64,000 nucleotides of DNA from Mobula hypostoma (taxonomy: Eukaryota), in contig NC_086106.1 of assembly GCF_963921235.1 (NCBI RefSeq), positions 19,778,001 to 19,842,000 of the forward strand. The letters run 5' to 3'. Made by a program: the position numbers and the translations under genes. The first letter of the stretch is position 1, and every line of letters begins with the position of its first letter. This document shows positions 49,067-63,308 of this stretch, piece by piece. The notes under the pieces are model-generated. The model was not told where the DNA came from. It saw only the letters and a program-made list of their open reading frames with translations, and did not search any database.

Positions 49067-52000
49067 GGCTGACATACACCAGTCCAACGCAGGTTTAAAG
49101 GTGAAACTTGCAGAAAATGCAACAAAGTAGGACACATACAAAAAGCATATTGGGCAAACAAAAATAAATGTACTGCATGGGGAAGTGAAAAATATAAAAA
49201 GTCACGTTGCAGTTTCAAAGAGTGCACTGATCTGCATGCTGTCAATGAAAGATTTGATAATGATGAGAGGTTACACCAGACTGAGTAGCCTAATGATTTA
49301 CAATATGAAAACTAACAAGAGACAAATAATGTGGCTTACTCCAGAAGTGAATGGCAAATGAATTAAGGTGGAATTGGACAGTGGCCCCTTTGTTTCTGTA
49401 ATTCAATGAGTTTGAATAGAATTTCAAAGATACTGAACTGAAGCCTGCAGATATCCTTCTAAAAACTTATACTGGAGAAAAGATAACTCCTGTGAGAATG
49501 ACATTTGTAACAGTGAAAATACAACAACCATCAAGCTATATTGAGCTTGCATGTGGGAATAACAGGAGGGCCAGCGTTGTGGGGCTGTGATTGGCTGAGA
49601 CAACTGCAATTTGATTGGAGATGCATCAACCATTTGCATATCACATCCCTGCAATGGAGTAAACTGAAAGCGCATTGAGAAAGGTACTGGATGATGGCTC
49701 AGAAGTGGTCAAGGATAAAATAGTGCTAAATGAAGGTGCCACACCCAAGTTTTACAAAGCTCATCCAGTTCCTTATACTATCTCCAATAAGTAGCCAGTG
49801 AGCCAGAGAGCATGAAGGTTAAAGAAATTCTTTTCAAGGTTAAATGGAGTCCATGGGCAATGCCAGTGTTCCCAGTCGCCAAAGAATGGGTTTGTCAGGA
49901 TCTGTGGTGATTTTAAAGTCACCATCAACCCAGTACAGAAAGTAGATTAATACCCAATGCTCAGGATAGAGGATATCTTTGCAAAGCTTTCTGGAGAGAA
50001 ACACTGCAGCAAAGTGGACTTAGCTGAGGCTGGCCTACAGATGGAGATGGAAGAAGACTCCAGAGTGTTTTATTGCTATATTAGGCTTATTGTTGGAGTA
50101 GCACCTACACCTGCACCCTGGCAGAAAGATATAGATGACACCATCCCAAGAAACATCTCCAAAATCTCAAGACAGTGTTAAATAGATTCAAAGGTTGTGG
50201 GCACACAGCATGACACAACATATGTGGACGCAACTTACTGTGGTCACATCATTGATGCTCAAGGCTTACACAAGTGTGCTGAGAAAATTCAAGCAGTGGT
50301 GGATGCCCCAAGGCCTAAGGACACATCACAGTTGCGGTCCATTTTAGGATTTGTCGATTACTCTAACAGGTTCCTGCCAAAACCGGCTAATGGGCTCCTC
50401 CCGTGAACACATTACTACAGATTGGGAACAAATGGCAATGTGCAAAGCAGTGTGAAGTAGCTTTCCAAAAGGTAAAGGAAATGATGACGGCAGCATCATG
50501 ATCCACATCACCCAGTGAAGCTTGCCTGTGATGCCTTGCCTTATGGTATATCTGCTGTAGTGTCCATATTATGAGTGATGGAAGTGACTGCTCTATAGCC
50601 TTTACATCGCGATCCCATACTGTTGCAGAGAAAAATTACACACAGATTGACAGAGAGCCCTTGAGTCTGGTTTTTGGATGTAAAGTGTTTCATACATGGG
50701 AGAGAGTTTATCCTCATTACTGATTATCAGTCACTGGTGTCCATTTCCAATCCACAGAAGGGTGTTCCACTAAAAGCAGCAGCACAAATGCAGAGATGGG
50801 CTCTGTTTCTTGGAGGTCACAATTACAAGATGGAATTCAAGAGGACAACTAATCATGGAAATTCTGATGGAGTGGCCTGTCGACCCTTGGGAAAGGAAAT
50901 CCCTGAAAAATTTACAGAAGAGGACACTCCTCTTGATGTATTCTCCCAAATGCAAATTGAAAGTCTCCCTATTATGTCAGAGATGATCCAGAGGGAAACC
51001 AGAAAAGGCCCCACACATTCATAGGTGTACATGGCCACCCAAAATCACTGGAATGTGCAGCAGAAATCCCAGTTACCCCATTTTTACGAGTGCTAGGATT
51101 AACTTGCCCTTGACAGGATTTGCCTTATGTAGGGATTGAGAATTCAGGCTAAGAGCTAAGGTGCTGGAGAAGCTACATGCTAGTCATACAGGCATTGACA
51201 AAATGAAAACATGGTCTCAAAGCTTTGTCTGTTGGCCTGGGATGGATCAGCATATCGAGCAGCTTGCCATGCACTGCTCTGAATGCCAACACATCCTGAC
51301 AAAAAATGTTCAGAACTGTCAGAACCACTTCCTGCAGTCCCAGAGTCAACTACTACAAGCAACACAGAGGAGGCCCCAGAACACGAGCTTGTTCCACCAG
51401 CCAAGCAGAGTGATTCCCCCCCCCCCGCCCCAGTAGAAAGACGTTATCCCACAAGGTTAGGAAATCCTCCACAGTGATTAAATCTTTAGTGCTTAATGGG
51501 ACAATCTAAAATTTGCTATGCTGTGAATGTCTATATAGCAGTGGTATTATAGTGTAGACCATCTACAGTGTGTATAAGTATTGAGATGCCTTCTATATTG
51601 AGTTAGGGTTTATAGCTAAGCAGGGAGGAGTGTTATGTATCTAATATTTTAGTAATATTATAAATATATTGTTCAATTAAGCATTATTCATTATTTACAT
51701 AATTCATTACGGGTTACATCTAAAACTATGTGAATGGCATACGTCATCATGCCACCACATCATATGTACAAGCCTCACTAAAGTAAAAGAAAGTACATGT
51801 TATCCCAGCTCCCCCATGTTTTTATCTATTAATTTCTGGTGCTACAAAAGATAACAATATCTCTCTGCTCTATGCTCTCTGTCCTTAGACACCCCCACTA
51901 TAGGAAACATCCTCTCCATATCCATTCTATCTAGGCCTTTCAATATTCGATAGGTTTCAATAAGATTCCACTCCCCCCCCCCTTCCCCATTCTTCTAAAC

Positions 52001-52689
52001 TGCAGGTGAGTACAGGCCAGGAATGGAGACAGCAAATAGCACAGATTCTGGAAGTTGCAAAATAATGGTCACCAGGAGAACCAGATAAGGGAGGGATGGG
52101 TGGGAGAAAGAACATGGTGACCCAATGGATTGCACGTGGGTGATAAGTAAACAGAAGCAGGTGGCGAAGGGGAAGAGGCTGAGGTTGCGATTGGAAAGAA
52201 GATGGATGGTTGAGAGAAGCTAGGGAACTCATAAGGAATAAGGAGAGAGAAAGAAATAAAGGGGTTATGGGCTACCCGAAATTTGAAATTTTGATGTTCA
52301 TATCATTCATTTGTGGACCACTCAGGCAGAATATGAGTCACTGTTCTTCAAAACAACTGCATCCCCCATCTAATTACCCATTTTTTCACCTCCCCCTTGG
52401 TTTCATCTGCCCATCGTACCACCTGGATGCACCTGTCAGCTCCTGTCTCACTGCACCTACTCACCTCTTTATATTCTCAATTGCCTCTTTACACTTCTCA
52501 GTCATGATGCAGGGTTTTGACCTGAAATGCTGGCTATCCCTCTGATGCTGCCCCGCCTACCTTCCTGTAGCAGATCATTTCTTCCTCCAGGTTTCAGCCT
52601 GTTATGCCTCCTTCTTCTAGTTACACTATGTCTTGGGATGGCTAAGGTCTGCTTGAAAAGTCTCCACTTAAATCCTCATCCGACAACAA

Positions 52690-53470
52690 TACTCAGAGCA
52701 TTGTGAGCAGTTTCGGGCCCCTTATCGTAGAAAGTATGTGCTGGCAGTGGAGAGGGTCCAAAAGAGTCAAGTCAAGTCAAGTCAAATTTATTTATAAAGC
52801 ACATTTAAAAACAACCCATGTTGATCAAAGTGCTGAACAAACCATAACAGGTAGCTAAAATCACAAATACAAGAAACACAGATATAAGCAACAAGGCACA
52901 CAACTTATAGGCACAAAATAAACAACACAGGAGCCTAGGCACAAGCCAAAAATCAGCCACATCAGGAAGATTCAAACGCTAGTGAATAAAAGTAAGTTTT
53001 GAGCCTGGAAGAAGCCTCAAAAAGAGGAATAAAAGGGTTAATGTTTCAGGAGTGTTTGACGACTCTGGGCCTGAGCTCGCTGGAATTTAGAAGAATGAGG
53101 GGGGACCTCATTGAAACCTATCAAATATTGAAAGCCCTAGATAGAGTGGATGTGGAGAGGACATTTCCTATAGTGGAGAAGTCTAGGACCAGAGAGCAGA
53201 GCCTCAGAATAGGGGGAGGTCCCTTTAGAACAAAGACGAGGAGCAATTTCTTTTGCCAGATGGTGGTGAATATGTGGAATTCAATGCCACCTATGACTGT
53301 GGTGGCCATCAATGGGTATACATAAAGCGGAGGGTGATAGGTTCTTGATTAGTAAGTGCATCAAAAGTTATGGGAGAAGGCAGGAGTATGGGCTTAGAGG
53401 GATAATAAATCAGCCATGATGGAATGACAGATGGACTGAATGGCCTACTCCTACTCCTGTGTCTTTTAGT
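52690..53470 (+). mobile_element. CR1 3' fragment interrupted by a minus-strand LINE 3' end with (gtcaa)n tail
   Basis: LEFRRMRGDLIETYQILK (ORF 52999); gtcaagtcaagtcaag at ~52767. Confidence 0.7.
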
Positions 53471-53779
53471 CTTATTGGCATCACCTCTAGTGATGAACCT
53501 GACCATCAGGACTTCTCTGGAATGTTGGTCTTGATTATGAGTGTAAGCTTCTGAAGATAAATTAGGACACACAGTTTCTGACAAAGAGGAGACAGTAATG
53601 ACTACTGAGTCACACATAATGTCTGTGTCAAAGTAGAGAATCACTGTTTGAGGGCTCCCTGTCCTCAGTCACTTTGCTCTGAACACCAGATGTGCACATG
53701 TGAGGCTCTATTCCACTGATGCAGTTAAACATCTGTCTTTTGGGGTATCTCAACTATGTTTGCAAGAAATGTTACCAAA

Positions 53780-54303
53780 GACTCTCACAAACTTCTACAG
53801 GTGTACCATGAAGATCAGTCTACCTGGTTACATCACCGTCTGGTATGAAGGGACCACTGCACAGGATCAGAAAAAGCTGCAGAAAGTTGCAAACTCAGCC
53901 TGCTCCATCATGGACAATAGCCTCCCTAGCATCACGGGCAGCTCCAAAACTCGATGCCTCAAGATGACAGCATCCATCATTAAGAACCCCCAACATCCAG
54001 GGCATGCCCTCGTCTCATTTCTACCATCAAGGAGGAAGTTCAGGAGCCTAAAGGCACACACTCAGCATTCCAGGAACAGCTTCTTCCCCTCCACCGTCAA
54101 ATTTCTGAATGGACAATGAACCCAGGAACACTATCTTACTATTTTTCTTTCTCTTGTTCCAATTAACTTAATTTAATTTTTTAAATATTTCTTATTGTAA
54201 TTTAATGTTTTTTAAAACTTATTATATATTGCTATGTACTGCTGCAAAACAACAAATGTCACGACATATGGCAGTGATATTAAACCTGATTCTGATTCTG
54301 ATT
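53780..54303 (+). mobile_element. Rex1/Babar-type LINE 3' end
   Basis: TLTNFYRCT...RNSFFPSTVKFLNG (ORF 53700); (attctg)n tail at ~54290. Confidence 0.8.
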
Positions 54304-54944
54304 GTGATTTGTTTGCATTTAGCTGAAAAACCATAACAGTGACTGAGAAAGAGATGTGGGAAATGGGACAAACAATGAAATGAGAACCAGAGAAGAGAGA
54401 GAGAAATGGGGAGTGAGTGTGTCAGGGGGAACGCAGTGGGACAGACTCTAAGGCTACAGCAGGAAAATCAGAGAGCGCAAGAAAGGTATAGAGGGACAAT
54501 ACCTAATAATTCACTGTCATCTGTGCCATTCATTCAGAACCCATACCAGCACCATCAATTCTTTAAAAGAGCACAGATCTTTTAAAGTTACATCACAGTT
54601 CCTGAACCATAGTGGATGTTTTATGGAGGCAGTGATGATAGTAGAAATGGGAATTACTTTATATCTGTTTCTTGTGAAATTTCTCTTAAAAGACTGCTGC
54701 CCACAGTTTCTGTTCAATGAACTGAAAACAAATTATTGATCTGGTTCAGAAATTGGCAGGGAGACAGAAGGTGGACAACAGGTAGGGACTCTACCCACTA
54801 GGACGTGATGATGGCCACCGTCCTGAAAAAAAACTCTTATTGCAGCCACAAATATTCAATGAGCTGAATCTTGTCCAAAATCATGGGATACAAAGCCTTT
54901 TCTCTGAGTTTGCAACAACAGAAAAGCAGGTCCCTTTGCAAGAC

Positions 54945-55085
54945 AACAGGAATTCTGCAGATGCTGGAAATTCAAGCAACTCACATCAAAGTTGCTGGTG
55001 AATGTCTCGGCCTGAAACGTCGACTGTACCTCTTCCTAGAGATGCTGCCTGGCCTGCTGCGTTCACCAGCAACTTTGATGTGTCC
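54945..55085. repeat. Penelope-like inverted pLTR remnant (21-bp perfect inverted repeat)
   Basis: cacatcaaagttgctggtgaa (54982-55002) and its reverse complement (55062-55082) enclose a truncated hammerhead half. Confidence 0.7.
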
Positions 55086-55680
55086 CTTTGCAAGAGGTGT
55101 GGCAGGGGGGGTTTAAAGTGCAAAGGTGGCAATTGATGAAATGTATAGGCTACTTCAACCACTTGAGATCTTTGACGCCCCCACCAGCTCCTGTCTTCTT
55201 GTGTTTCCTATCATGGGGGAGCTAAGGATCAGAGGGCACAGCCCCAGAATAGGACACCCAGAGACGAGGAGAAATTTCTTTCACCAGAGTGTAGTGTATT
55301 TGTGGAACTCTTTGCCACAGATAGCCGTGGAGGGCAAGTCATTTGGGTATATTTAAAAAGGAGGTTAATAGGTTCTTGATTAGTAAGGGCAGCAAAGGTT
55401 ACAGGGCAAAGGCAGGAGAATGGAGTTGAGAGGGATAATATATCAGGCATAATTGCATGGCAGAGCCATGATTGATGGGCCGAATGACCTAATTCTGCTC
55501 CTGTGCAATACGATGCAAAAGTTTTAGTCACATATATAGAGCTAGGATGTCTAATACTTTTGCAAAGTACTGTATAGTGGTTAAAATAGAAAGGTGGCTG
55601 GGAAATAGAAATAAGACTTAGCTTTGTATCAGCTCAGTAGTATTAAATGTTATTTGGTAACTGGAAAGACATAATATATC

Positions 55681-55744
55681 GTACTGTTCAAAGTACTAGG
55701 CACCTTAGCTATGTATATGTGCCTAAGACTTTTGCACAGTACTG
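55681..55744. mobile_element. Tiny Tc1-like MITE (imperfect TIR pair)
   Basis: gtactgttcaaagtactaggcac ... gtgcctaagacttttgcacagtac; related single ends at ~55555 and ~61401. Confidence 0.55.
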
Positions 55745-58743
55745 CATCTTATGGCCCGATAGTGTTCTTATATTCTCATGACTTGTAAATCTTTAGGTGT
55801 GATCTTGTCCCCTGTGGATCCATCAAGCACAGGATAAATCACAGGAGACATACGGAGCTCATACTTCCAGGAATGAGGGTGAAAATATCTCTGCCTAAAC
55901 AATCAAATCTCCATTTTCCAGGCCAACCTTCAGTTCATTTATATGGGATACACTTCAGTGTCCCAGTACCCAATGAATTTTAACTGGCTGTCGTGGAAAG
56001 TGCTGTATATCAGGGTAAATGTTAGGAAGACTGGCAAGATTAAAGTGACATGATTGGTATTGAGTGTAATTGGGAATCTAGTTTATTACAGCCTGTTCAG
56101 CAAATTCAAATTCTGCCCACAGCATCCACTGGCTTCCAAAAGGAGGAACAACTTTCCAGGAATAGATGGCACCAGCAAGCAATGTAACCAAGGGCGATAT
56201 CCTACAGACAGTTCACAAAATTACTTCTATAACTTCACTTACATCTTCTTTTTCTTTCAAATGTGGTTCTGGTTCTGTCGGAACCTGTGAGCTACCTTTT
56301 GGTGATCTGCAATCTGGTGCTTTGCTGTCTCTGAGGGAGTTCCGAGAGGCTTCTAGTGAAATGTGCGGCCTCAAAGCCAAGAGGCCTGGAGATGGGCCGT
56401 GAGCCATAACCGACTCACTGACCTCCCTAATTAAAGCACCAAGAAAGATTGAAGTAATCGAGGCGAGTGCAGAAGGCGAGTGGGAGTTCTACCAGCCTCT
56501 CACTCGCAGCTGCTGGAGGGAGGTGTGTGAGTGTGAGGGTCTCCCTCTCCCTCTTGCTTGCTGCTCACAGAGGAAGGACCAATGTTCAAATGGTCTCCCT
56601 CTCCCTCAATGTTATTGGAGGATGGTGCTGGAGTTCTGGGTTTTGGGCAAGGTTTAATTGACACGGTTTGTGGATTGGACTCTAGTTGACATTATAATGC
56701 CTTTCTGGTTTCAGGTCACTCCTTTTGGTTGCTGTTTTGGGCGATTTTGAACTGGGGCGGCCTGCAGATAACAAATACTGAGCTGTGCTGAATAAGCCTG
56801 GACTCTTTCGATTTTGTGTTTTACATTCTGTGCTTTCCTGCTCATTTTTTGTGCGATTTGTGCGATTTCTTTCAGTGAAAGGAGTTTGATGATTTTTTTT
56901 CTTTGAACAGGTTCCATGGTTTTTCTTTGTTTCATGGCTGTCTGTGGGGAAGACAAATCTCAGGGCTGTTTACTGCTTATATGCTTTGATAATAAATGTA
57001 CTTTGAATCTTTGATTCTACCACGTAAGGGTCCCCCACACTCCTTGACCATTTCTTCATGAGCAATGTTGGTTCTGTGTAACTCAAATCTCTGACCCACT
57101 GCTTGACCAGATCCCTTTTCTGGTCTGTCACCTGGTGTCAGCTACTGGAGGCTCTTGCTGCCGTCCAGGATGCGTGGGGCTTGAGGTAGAGAATGCAGAT
57201 GCGGAGGTGGGCAAGAGCTATTAAAGATGTTAGGAACCTGTTCTTAAGATTAGACCTGAGGCAGGTGGGTTCAGTCAACATCAGGAATTCAGTATCCTCA
57301 AACTTGGGAGGTCTTTGGTCAAATTCAACACAAATGTTAACACAATTAAGCACTGCTTCTGCAATAGTTATCAACATGCTCCAACAACTAGGGCATTTGT
57401 TCCAGCCCTGTCAGGTTTCTCACCAGGAACGCTGGACATTCAGACACTGTCACTACCGCAGGACAGGCTGAACATGGTAGTCTTCAGTACCAGGGCACTG
57501 CAGATTGAACCTAACTTCGCAAATTACTGTCCAAATTCTGACCAAACTTCATTCATCTATGACTACAGAATGTTGAAAAACTCCATTTCTATATCACATG
57601 TTTTTTTTTAATTGGCCACAAAGTTATTCAGAGTTCTGTTGAAAGCAAAAGAGTGGGTTTATTGAAGAAAAGGCCTGGCTAAATAACCCCTCTACACTGA
57701 ACATCAGCACAAACTGCAGCCAAAGCAGTTCACTCCTGATATCCCGTGTCATAACACAGTGACAGACACGCTGTCCAGTCAAGTGTTGGACAGCAAGGTC
57801 AGTCAGTGTGGAGTACCTGCGGAGACGATGGTGCTTCAGAAGACAATGATGGTGCAGAGTCTGATTGACCAAGCCATCTGCCGCTTATCCAATGATCCAG
57901 GAATAACTTGGAAAAAATACCTCTCTTCATAAATAATCCCCAACCTTGAGAAAAAGGAGACATCTGCTACTTTATTTCCAATTTCCAGTATCTGCAGTTC
58001 TTTTATTTAATTTTCTTTTACTGTAGCTTTCTGAGTGATTACATCTTCCAGACGTAAGCATGGATATGTGCCACCCATCCCCTTCAGATAAAGATCACAA
58101 AGCGCTTTTTCATGTATATCGCACTGCCATTGCAAATAATCCTTCCTTGCCTATCGGTCAATAAAGTCCATTCAAATAACTTCCTTTAGATACTAAAACA
58201 CACCAAGTGCTTCAATGAAACATTACAGACAAAGCTGATGCCAAGCCTGAGGACAGGTGCCCGCAAATGTGTTCAAAGAAACTTCATTCAATCACAGCAG
58301 GTGACCAACATTCCATGCCGATCATGCAGTTTCCTTAAGGTCACAGCTTGCTGGGCCGTTTCTGAGAACGGTTACAAGTGGTTTGGGAGTCACATATAGG
58401 CCCAACCAGGAAGTTCAAGGCAGGTATCCTTCTCTCTAGGAGATGAGTGAAAGAGATGCTTTGAACAATGTAGGCGCCTCATTCTTGGTGTTATTGACTC
58501 TGAAATTATTGCAGAGTTGCTTTCACTGAATTTGAATTCTCATCTGACTTCACAGTCAGGTAGCGAGGACTTCCACCCATTTTTCTGAGGATGGTTGCCT
58601 GCTCTCTTTAATTTCCTCCTTCCCTCCAGGTTCTACAACTCATCTACATGCTGGAAACAATTAACTGCAGCCAACTAATCTGCCAGCCTGTACTTCTGCG
58701 TGCTTTCTAGTCTGGTTACAATCACAGAGGGAACGTGCGAACT

Positions 58744-58744
<1 letters not shown>

Positions 58745-58787
<43 letters not shown>
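58745..58787. repeat. (CA)n microsatellite
   Basis: Visible directly. Confidence 0.95.
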
Positions 58788-58790
<3 letters not shown>

Positions 58791-58984
58791 AGGCAGTATC
58801 TCTTTTAGCTGCACCACTGTGCTTTCTCAGCATTTGAACATGTCTTCAGACCAGTAGCTGGAGAAATATGTGACCTTACCACATCTGGTGCTTTCAATGA
58901 GCAGCTTGAAAGAGGACAGATGGGATTTACTGCTGAGATTTAGTGAGTAAGTTCCAGTGTTGATCCTCCCAAGAGGACCACAAC

Positions 58985-59369
58985 CTTGTTGTTGGGTTTG
59001 GAGGCTTTTGCTTACTTCAGTGACCCAGAGAGCTATGTTGGCTGGAGTCCGGGCTTTATGCTCTAGGGTCGCCCATGCTAAACAGGTCAAAGGGTAGAGG
59101 CCAGACTAAGAGTGGTCCACTGGTCCTCCAGGTTTGGAGGGGTTCATCCCTAACCAATAAAATAAAATTGTTGCAGAAACAGCAATGAAGAGTCCTTCTA
59201 CATCTGAGTGTGACAGTATTCCAGAGTCTCCACCCGGGACTTACATGACTGACAGTAGTGAAAACCGAGAGAAAGCTACTGACATGATGAAGGAAGCCCT
59301 GAACACCGCCAGAGATGGAGGACCTTCATTGCTGCCCTAAACGCCAGCGGTGTAACGGACAGTAAGTCC
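58985..59369 (+). mobile_element. Probable RTE-related SINE or non-autonomous element
   Basis: Ends in an RTE-like 3' motif (ggaccttcattgctgccctaaacgccagcggtgtaacggacagtaagt); family assignment is from recall only. Confidence 0.45.
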
Positions 59370-62300
59370 AGTGTTGGTGACCAAAATTACAGAGGAGGCA
59401 TGGTCACCAGTGAAAGGATTCCTTTTTCTTGAGGAACCAGAGCTGGAGATTGCAGCATTTTCTGAATTCTTTTGTTAGTGAAAATTACAGAGATGGAGGG
59501 GGCATTATCACGGGTGAACTAGAAGTCAGCATCAGAATTTTAAATCTGGAGGAATCCCAGCTTCAATCCAAACAGAGAAGAGGGGCCATGTTGTTTAGGC
59601 AGGCCTAGTGTCAAAGATAAATCTAAAGGTCCTCATAGGCACCGAAACAAGCGGGACTCAGGAAATGTTTTCTTTGTTGAGAAAATAATCTCTCATTGCT
59701 TTCTTCCAAAACACCTGAAAAGCCAGTGCTTGGAGGAGCTGAACTCTGCTTTTCTTCAGTTAGGAATTGTCTGCTCACTATTGAAAGCTCGCTGGACGTC
59801 TGTGTACCATGTCAGATAGATGGCATGTCTGACGATGCAGTACTCCCTCAGTATTAGTACATATTGCCCTTTGCTCTGTTTCTAAGTCTCTGGAGAATAT
59901 CTAGGTGAACATAACACAACCAGATGACATAGTACACTCTTTTATTTCAGAAGTAAAAGGGGAACTAAATAGCTGTCAGTGTAAGTCACTGTGAAGCTGC
60001 AAAAATCATATAAACCTAACTGTTTCACTGATGTCCTTTGGTGAAGGACACTGGCCTTCCTACCCTGTTTACCTGTATCCATCAGTCCCACGACAAACTC
60101 TTCACTGCTCTGTGATGGGCCTGCTGGAGCATGAGCAAGGAATGCCGGCCTCATCAGTGAGGGAATGGTGAAATAATGACTGCAGGATCAGTGTTTGCAC
60201 ACCAGCGTCTCCGATACATGAAGCAAGTCTATCTGTCAGCAGAACTAGAAGAACAATATAATGACCACCTCGTGTGAGCAGCTTCTCAGTGATTTAGAAG
60301 AGTTCAGGGTCACCTGCCAGATGGATGAAAGTGAAGGAGAGGGTGGGGGAAGACTGGGGGGGAGCTCAGGACGAATGGGGATAAAGGGATCTTCAGATAA
60401 TTAGTGGTCCTGGGGCAGATTAAGAATGTAAGATTGAGTACAATCGTTTGTCAACATTGTAGAAGAAGTCCATCAGGATGTGTGGATATAGCTCGGTACA
60501 AGCCCATTAGCAACGGGGTGATGTATAACCATCTGGTGCCAAGCTGTCCAATACAGTTACATTTCCTTTTGGATTGGACACACAGTAATAACTGCAGGTT
60601 ATAATTATTTAAACGGTTATTACGCTTGTGAAAAGGGAATGTCACCATTACTCTACTCAGAGCACCGAATCTGTTACACGGTTCATTATCCGAACATGGT
60701 TGTTTTCTGAAACATTCTGCAGGAGATCAAATGCACCATCAGTGTTGAAGTGACTGCTGCTGTCACACCAACTCTGATCCAGTTTAGAGTGTTGCATCTG
60801 TTTGATGGGTCAAACACATATACCTTTGTTGTTGGGTCAAGGAGGAGATACTATTGCCAGATCAGTGATTTACTCCACACTTTCCTCTTAGCTACTTCTA
60901 CTGTGCTCTGCAAAGATTTTCTGGAGATCAAGACCTGATCTCGCAGGTTGCTCAGATCTCTGCGGAAGGGAACTAGTGGGCTACCTTTCATGCAAGCTGC
61001 TCCTCACTATGTCATTGCGCACCGAATATCTGGAGGAGGATTTTAGTCAGCTTTTACGTGTGTGGATGAAAATGTCTGCGCTCCTTTGGAACATGGAGGA
61101 GTGCAACTGGGCATTCGTCAGTTGTCAAGCTCCGACAAGCCAGAGAGGTGCACAGTACTCAGCCAGGAAGAGAATTGATGCTAAAGCAATGCCAGAGGAC
61201 ACTTGCGATGTCAACTCATATGTCAGCCATTTCTCACTCTGCAAATATTCTCTGATGTACTGATCCCCTTCAGCAATTTCTCCTCCATTTAAAAAAATAA
61301 ATATACTAAATATTATGTCTTTCCAGCTACCAAATAACACAATACTACTGAGCTAATACTCACTTCTGTTCCCCAACCACCCTGTTATTTTAACCAATAT
61401 ACAGTACTGTTCCAAAGTCTTATGCACCCTAACTCTATATATGAACTTTCCTGATCAACATGTTCATCAACTGTTTAAAGTATTCAAATCTAATAGACAG
61501 GGAAATGTATTTTCATCAATTTATGAAATGATAGAAAGTGGAGATTTACAGAAAGGAAGAGTAAAGTGCAGGCAGCGAAGAGCTGCGACCTGCAGCAAAG
61601 TGTTCAGTGCTGAAGCCATTCATAAGAGAGGAGAGAGAGCAGCCCTCCGATGAAAAATGATATCTCATCTGTTAAATAGGGGCCGTGGACAATTCTGATT
61701 TGATGGAGAATGGACGCGAAAGCACAGAGAAACATCTGGAGAAATTTCTGAAACGCTCGTTCGCTGCTGTCGTTACTGCGCGGTCGGGAATCTTTCGGAG
61801 GGTAGGCCTCAAAATCCTCGGCTTTGCCTGTTGTTGGCGACCGAGGTTGAGGGTGAATCGTTCGCACAGCGATGGCACTCAGTACTCAGTGTCGGAGAGC
61901 TGATCGGAGCTCGAAGTTTTCGGAAGACTCAGAGACGGATTGTGGTCGGGCATGGCAGGGAGAGTTTTTTTTCCTTCTCCCGTCTGCGTGAGATGTGGGG
62001 CATCTGAGAGACTTTGAACTTTTACTCTGCTCATGGACTTCTTCATCAAGTTATGGTATTGTTGCATTGTTGTAACTATTTGTTATAATTATGTGGTTTT
62101 GTCAGTTTTTTCAGTCTTGGTCTGTCCTGTGTTCTGTGATATCACACCGGAGGAAATACTGTATCATTTCTTAATGCATGCATTACTAAATGACAATAAA
62201 AGAGGACTACGTGTCTTCATAATCTAAATAATGTATTTATTAATGGTTTAAATGTCAGGTGGAAAGCAATGTTCCCAGGTTTGACACTCACACAAGGGAA

Positions 62301-62460
62301 GAGGAACTATAAGCGGTAGAAACCTTTAACTGCAGAAATAACAACAGATTTAATCAATGAGGAAATCTGTGGCCAAATATAATCAGCTCAATGACATAGA
62401 ACTGAAAAAGGAACAAAGAAGGTGTTTCTAAATGGTGAATAGAAGGGCAGAGTAAATCTC

Positions 62461-62670
62461 AAACAAGAGAAACTCTGCAGATGCTGGAAATCAAAGTAAT
62501 GCACACAGAATGCTGGAGGAACTCAGCTGGCCAGGCAGCATCTATGGAAAAGAGTAAACAGTCAATGTTTCAGGCTGAGACCCTTCATCAGTCCTGAAGA
62601 AGGGGTCGACAGTTTACTATTTTCCATAAGTGCTGCCCAGCCTGCTGAGTTCCTCCAGCATTTTGTAGGG
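62461..62670. repeat. Penelope-like inverted pLTR remnant with degenerate hammerheads
   Basis: 19-bp inverted repeat 62509-62527 / 62644-62662; minus-strand CUGAUGA-AGG..CCU-GAAAC with an altered cleavage context. Confidence 0.7.
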
Positions 62671-63171
62671 TGAAGGAAATGCTCAGAAAGACCGAGGGCT
62701 CGGTTTACAGAGAAGGTTAACCCAGCTGTGGAGAGGTAGAGACGATAATCAAACAGGATAGGGCAGCAAGAGGATAGAGGTTGCTAAGGGGGGACCGACA
62801 GAGTAGATTTGGAGAATTTTTTTTAGTTGTTTAGGGCAGGTTGCATGGATAACAATTAGATACAGACATTCCACTTGGAAGAAGTTCATGGAAGTTTGGA
62901 AGTGAGTTCCACAGGCTGTGATCAGTGCCAGGTCTGAAGGTCAATTTAAACATGAGCTTGAATGGTTTGGATAATCCCAGGGGATTAATGAGTCTGGGGA
63001 AAAGTCAGGTCAATGCCTTTTTCATAAATAGTCTGTAATCTCATGTATGCTGGAAGTGCCTCAGGCCTCCTGTATTCCTGTCCTCCTGTTGGCTTCACAT
63101 GATTGGACTGTTGTTGATCTTCAGGTAACATCAACAAGAAACTTACTGTCTCACTTTCTCAATTGTTTCAG

Positions 63172-63308
63172 AAACATGCACAGACTTCACAGGAGAGGAT
63201 GGGAAGGAAGAACACTTGGATGGAGATGTCACTGTTCTTAACGAAGTTGTCTTTGCCTTTCTGTTCATCATCAGTTTCCTCTACAGCACCTTCGTTACCA
63301 TTGTCAAG
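63172..63308 (+). CDS. IgW: Ig heavy chain transmembrane exon TM1
   Basis: ctttctcaattgtttcag| ... aag|gtaatc; 137 nt, phase 1-0; (E)TCTDFTGEDGKEEHLDGDVTVLNEVVFAFLFIISFLYSTFVTIVK aligns with the conserved Ig TM motif FxxLFxxSxxYSTxVT..K. Confidence 0.92.

Larger units (their letters stand above)
48156..51856 (+). mobile_element. Old, internally deleted Gypsy-type LTR element (Mag-like, tentative)
   Basis: Diverged TG...CA LTRs at 48156-48396 and 51631-51856; TSD atatc (48151-48155 and 51857-51861); PPT gcagggaggag; RT/RH fragments (MLRIEDIFAKLSG, QRWALFLGG, LHASHTGI). Confidence 0.85.

Noticed and set aside
57020-57900. Possible L1/Tx1 ORF1 remnant or host exon
   Set aside because: Only vague motif resemblance; cannot be supported without a search.
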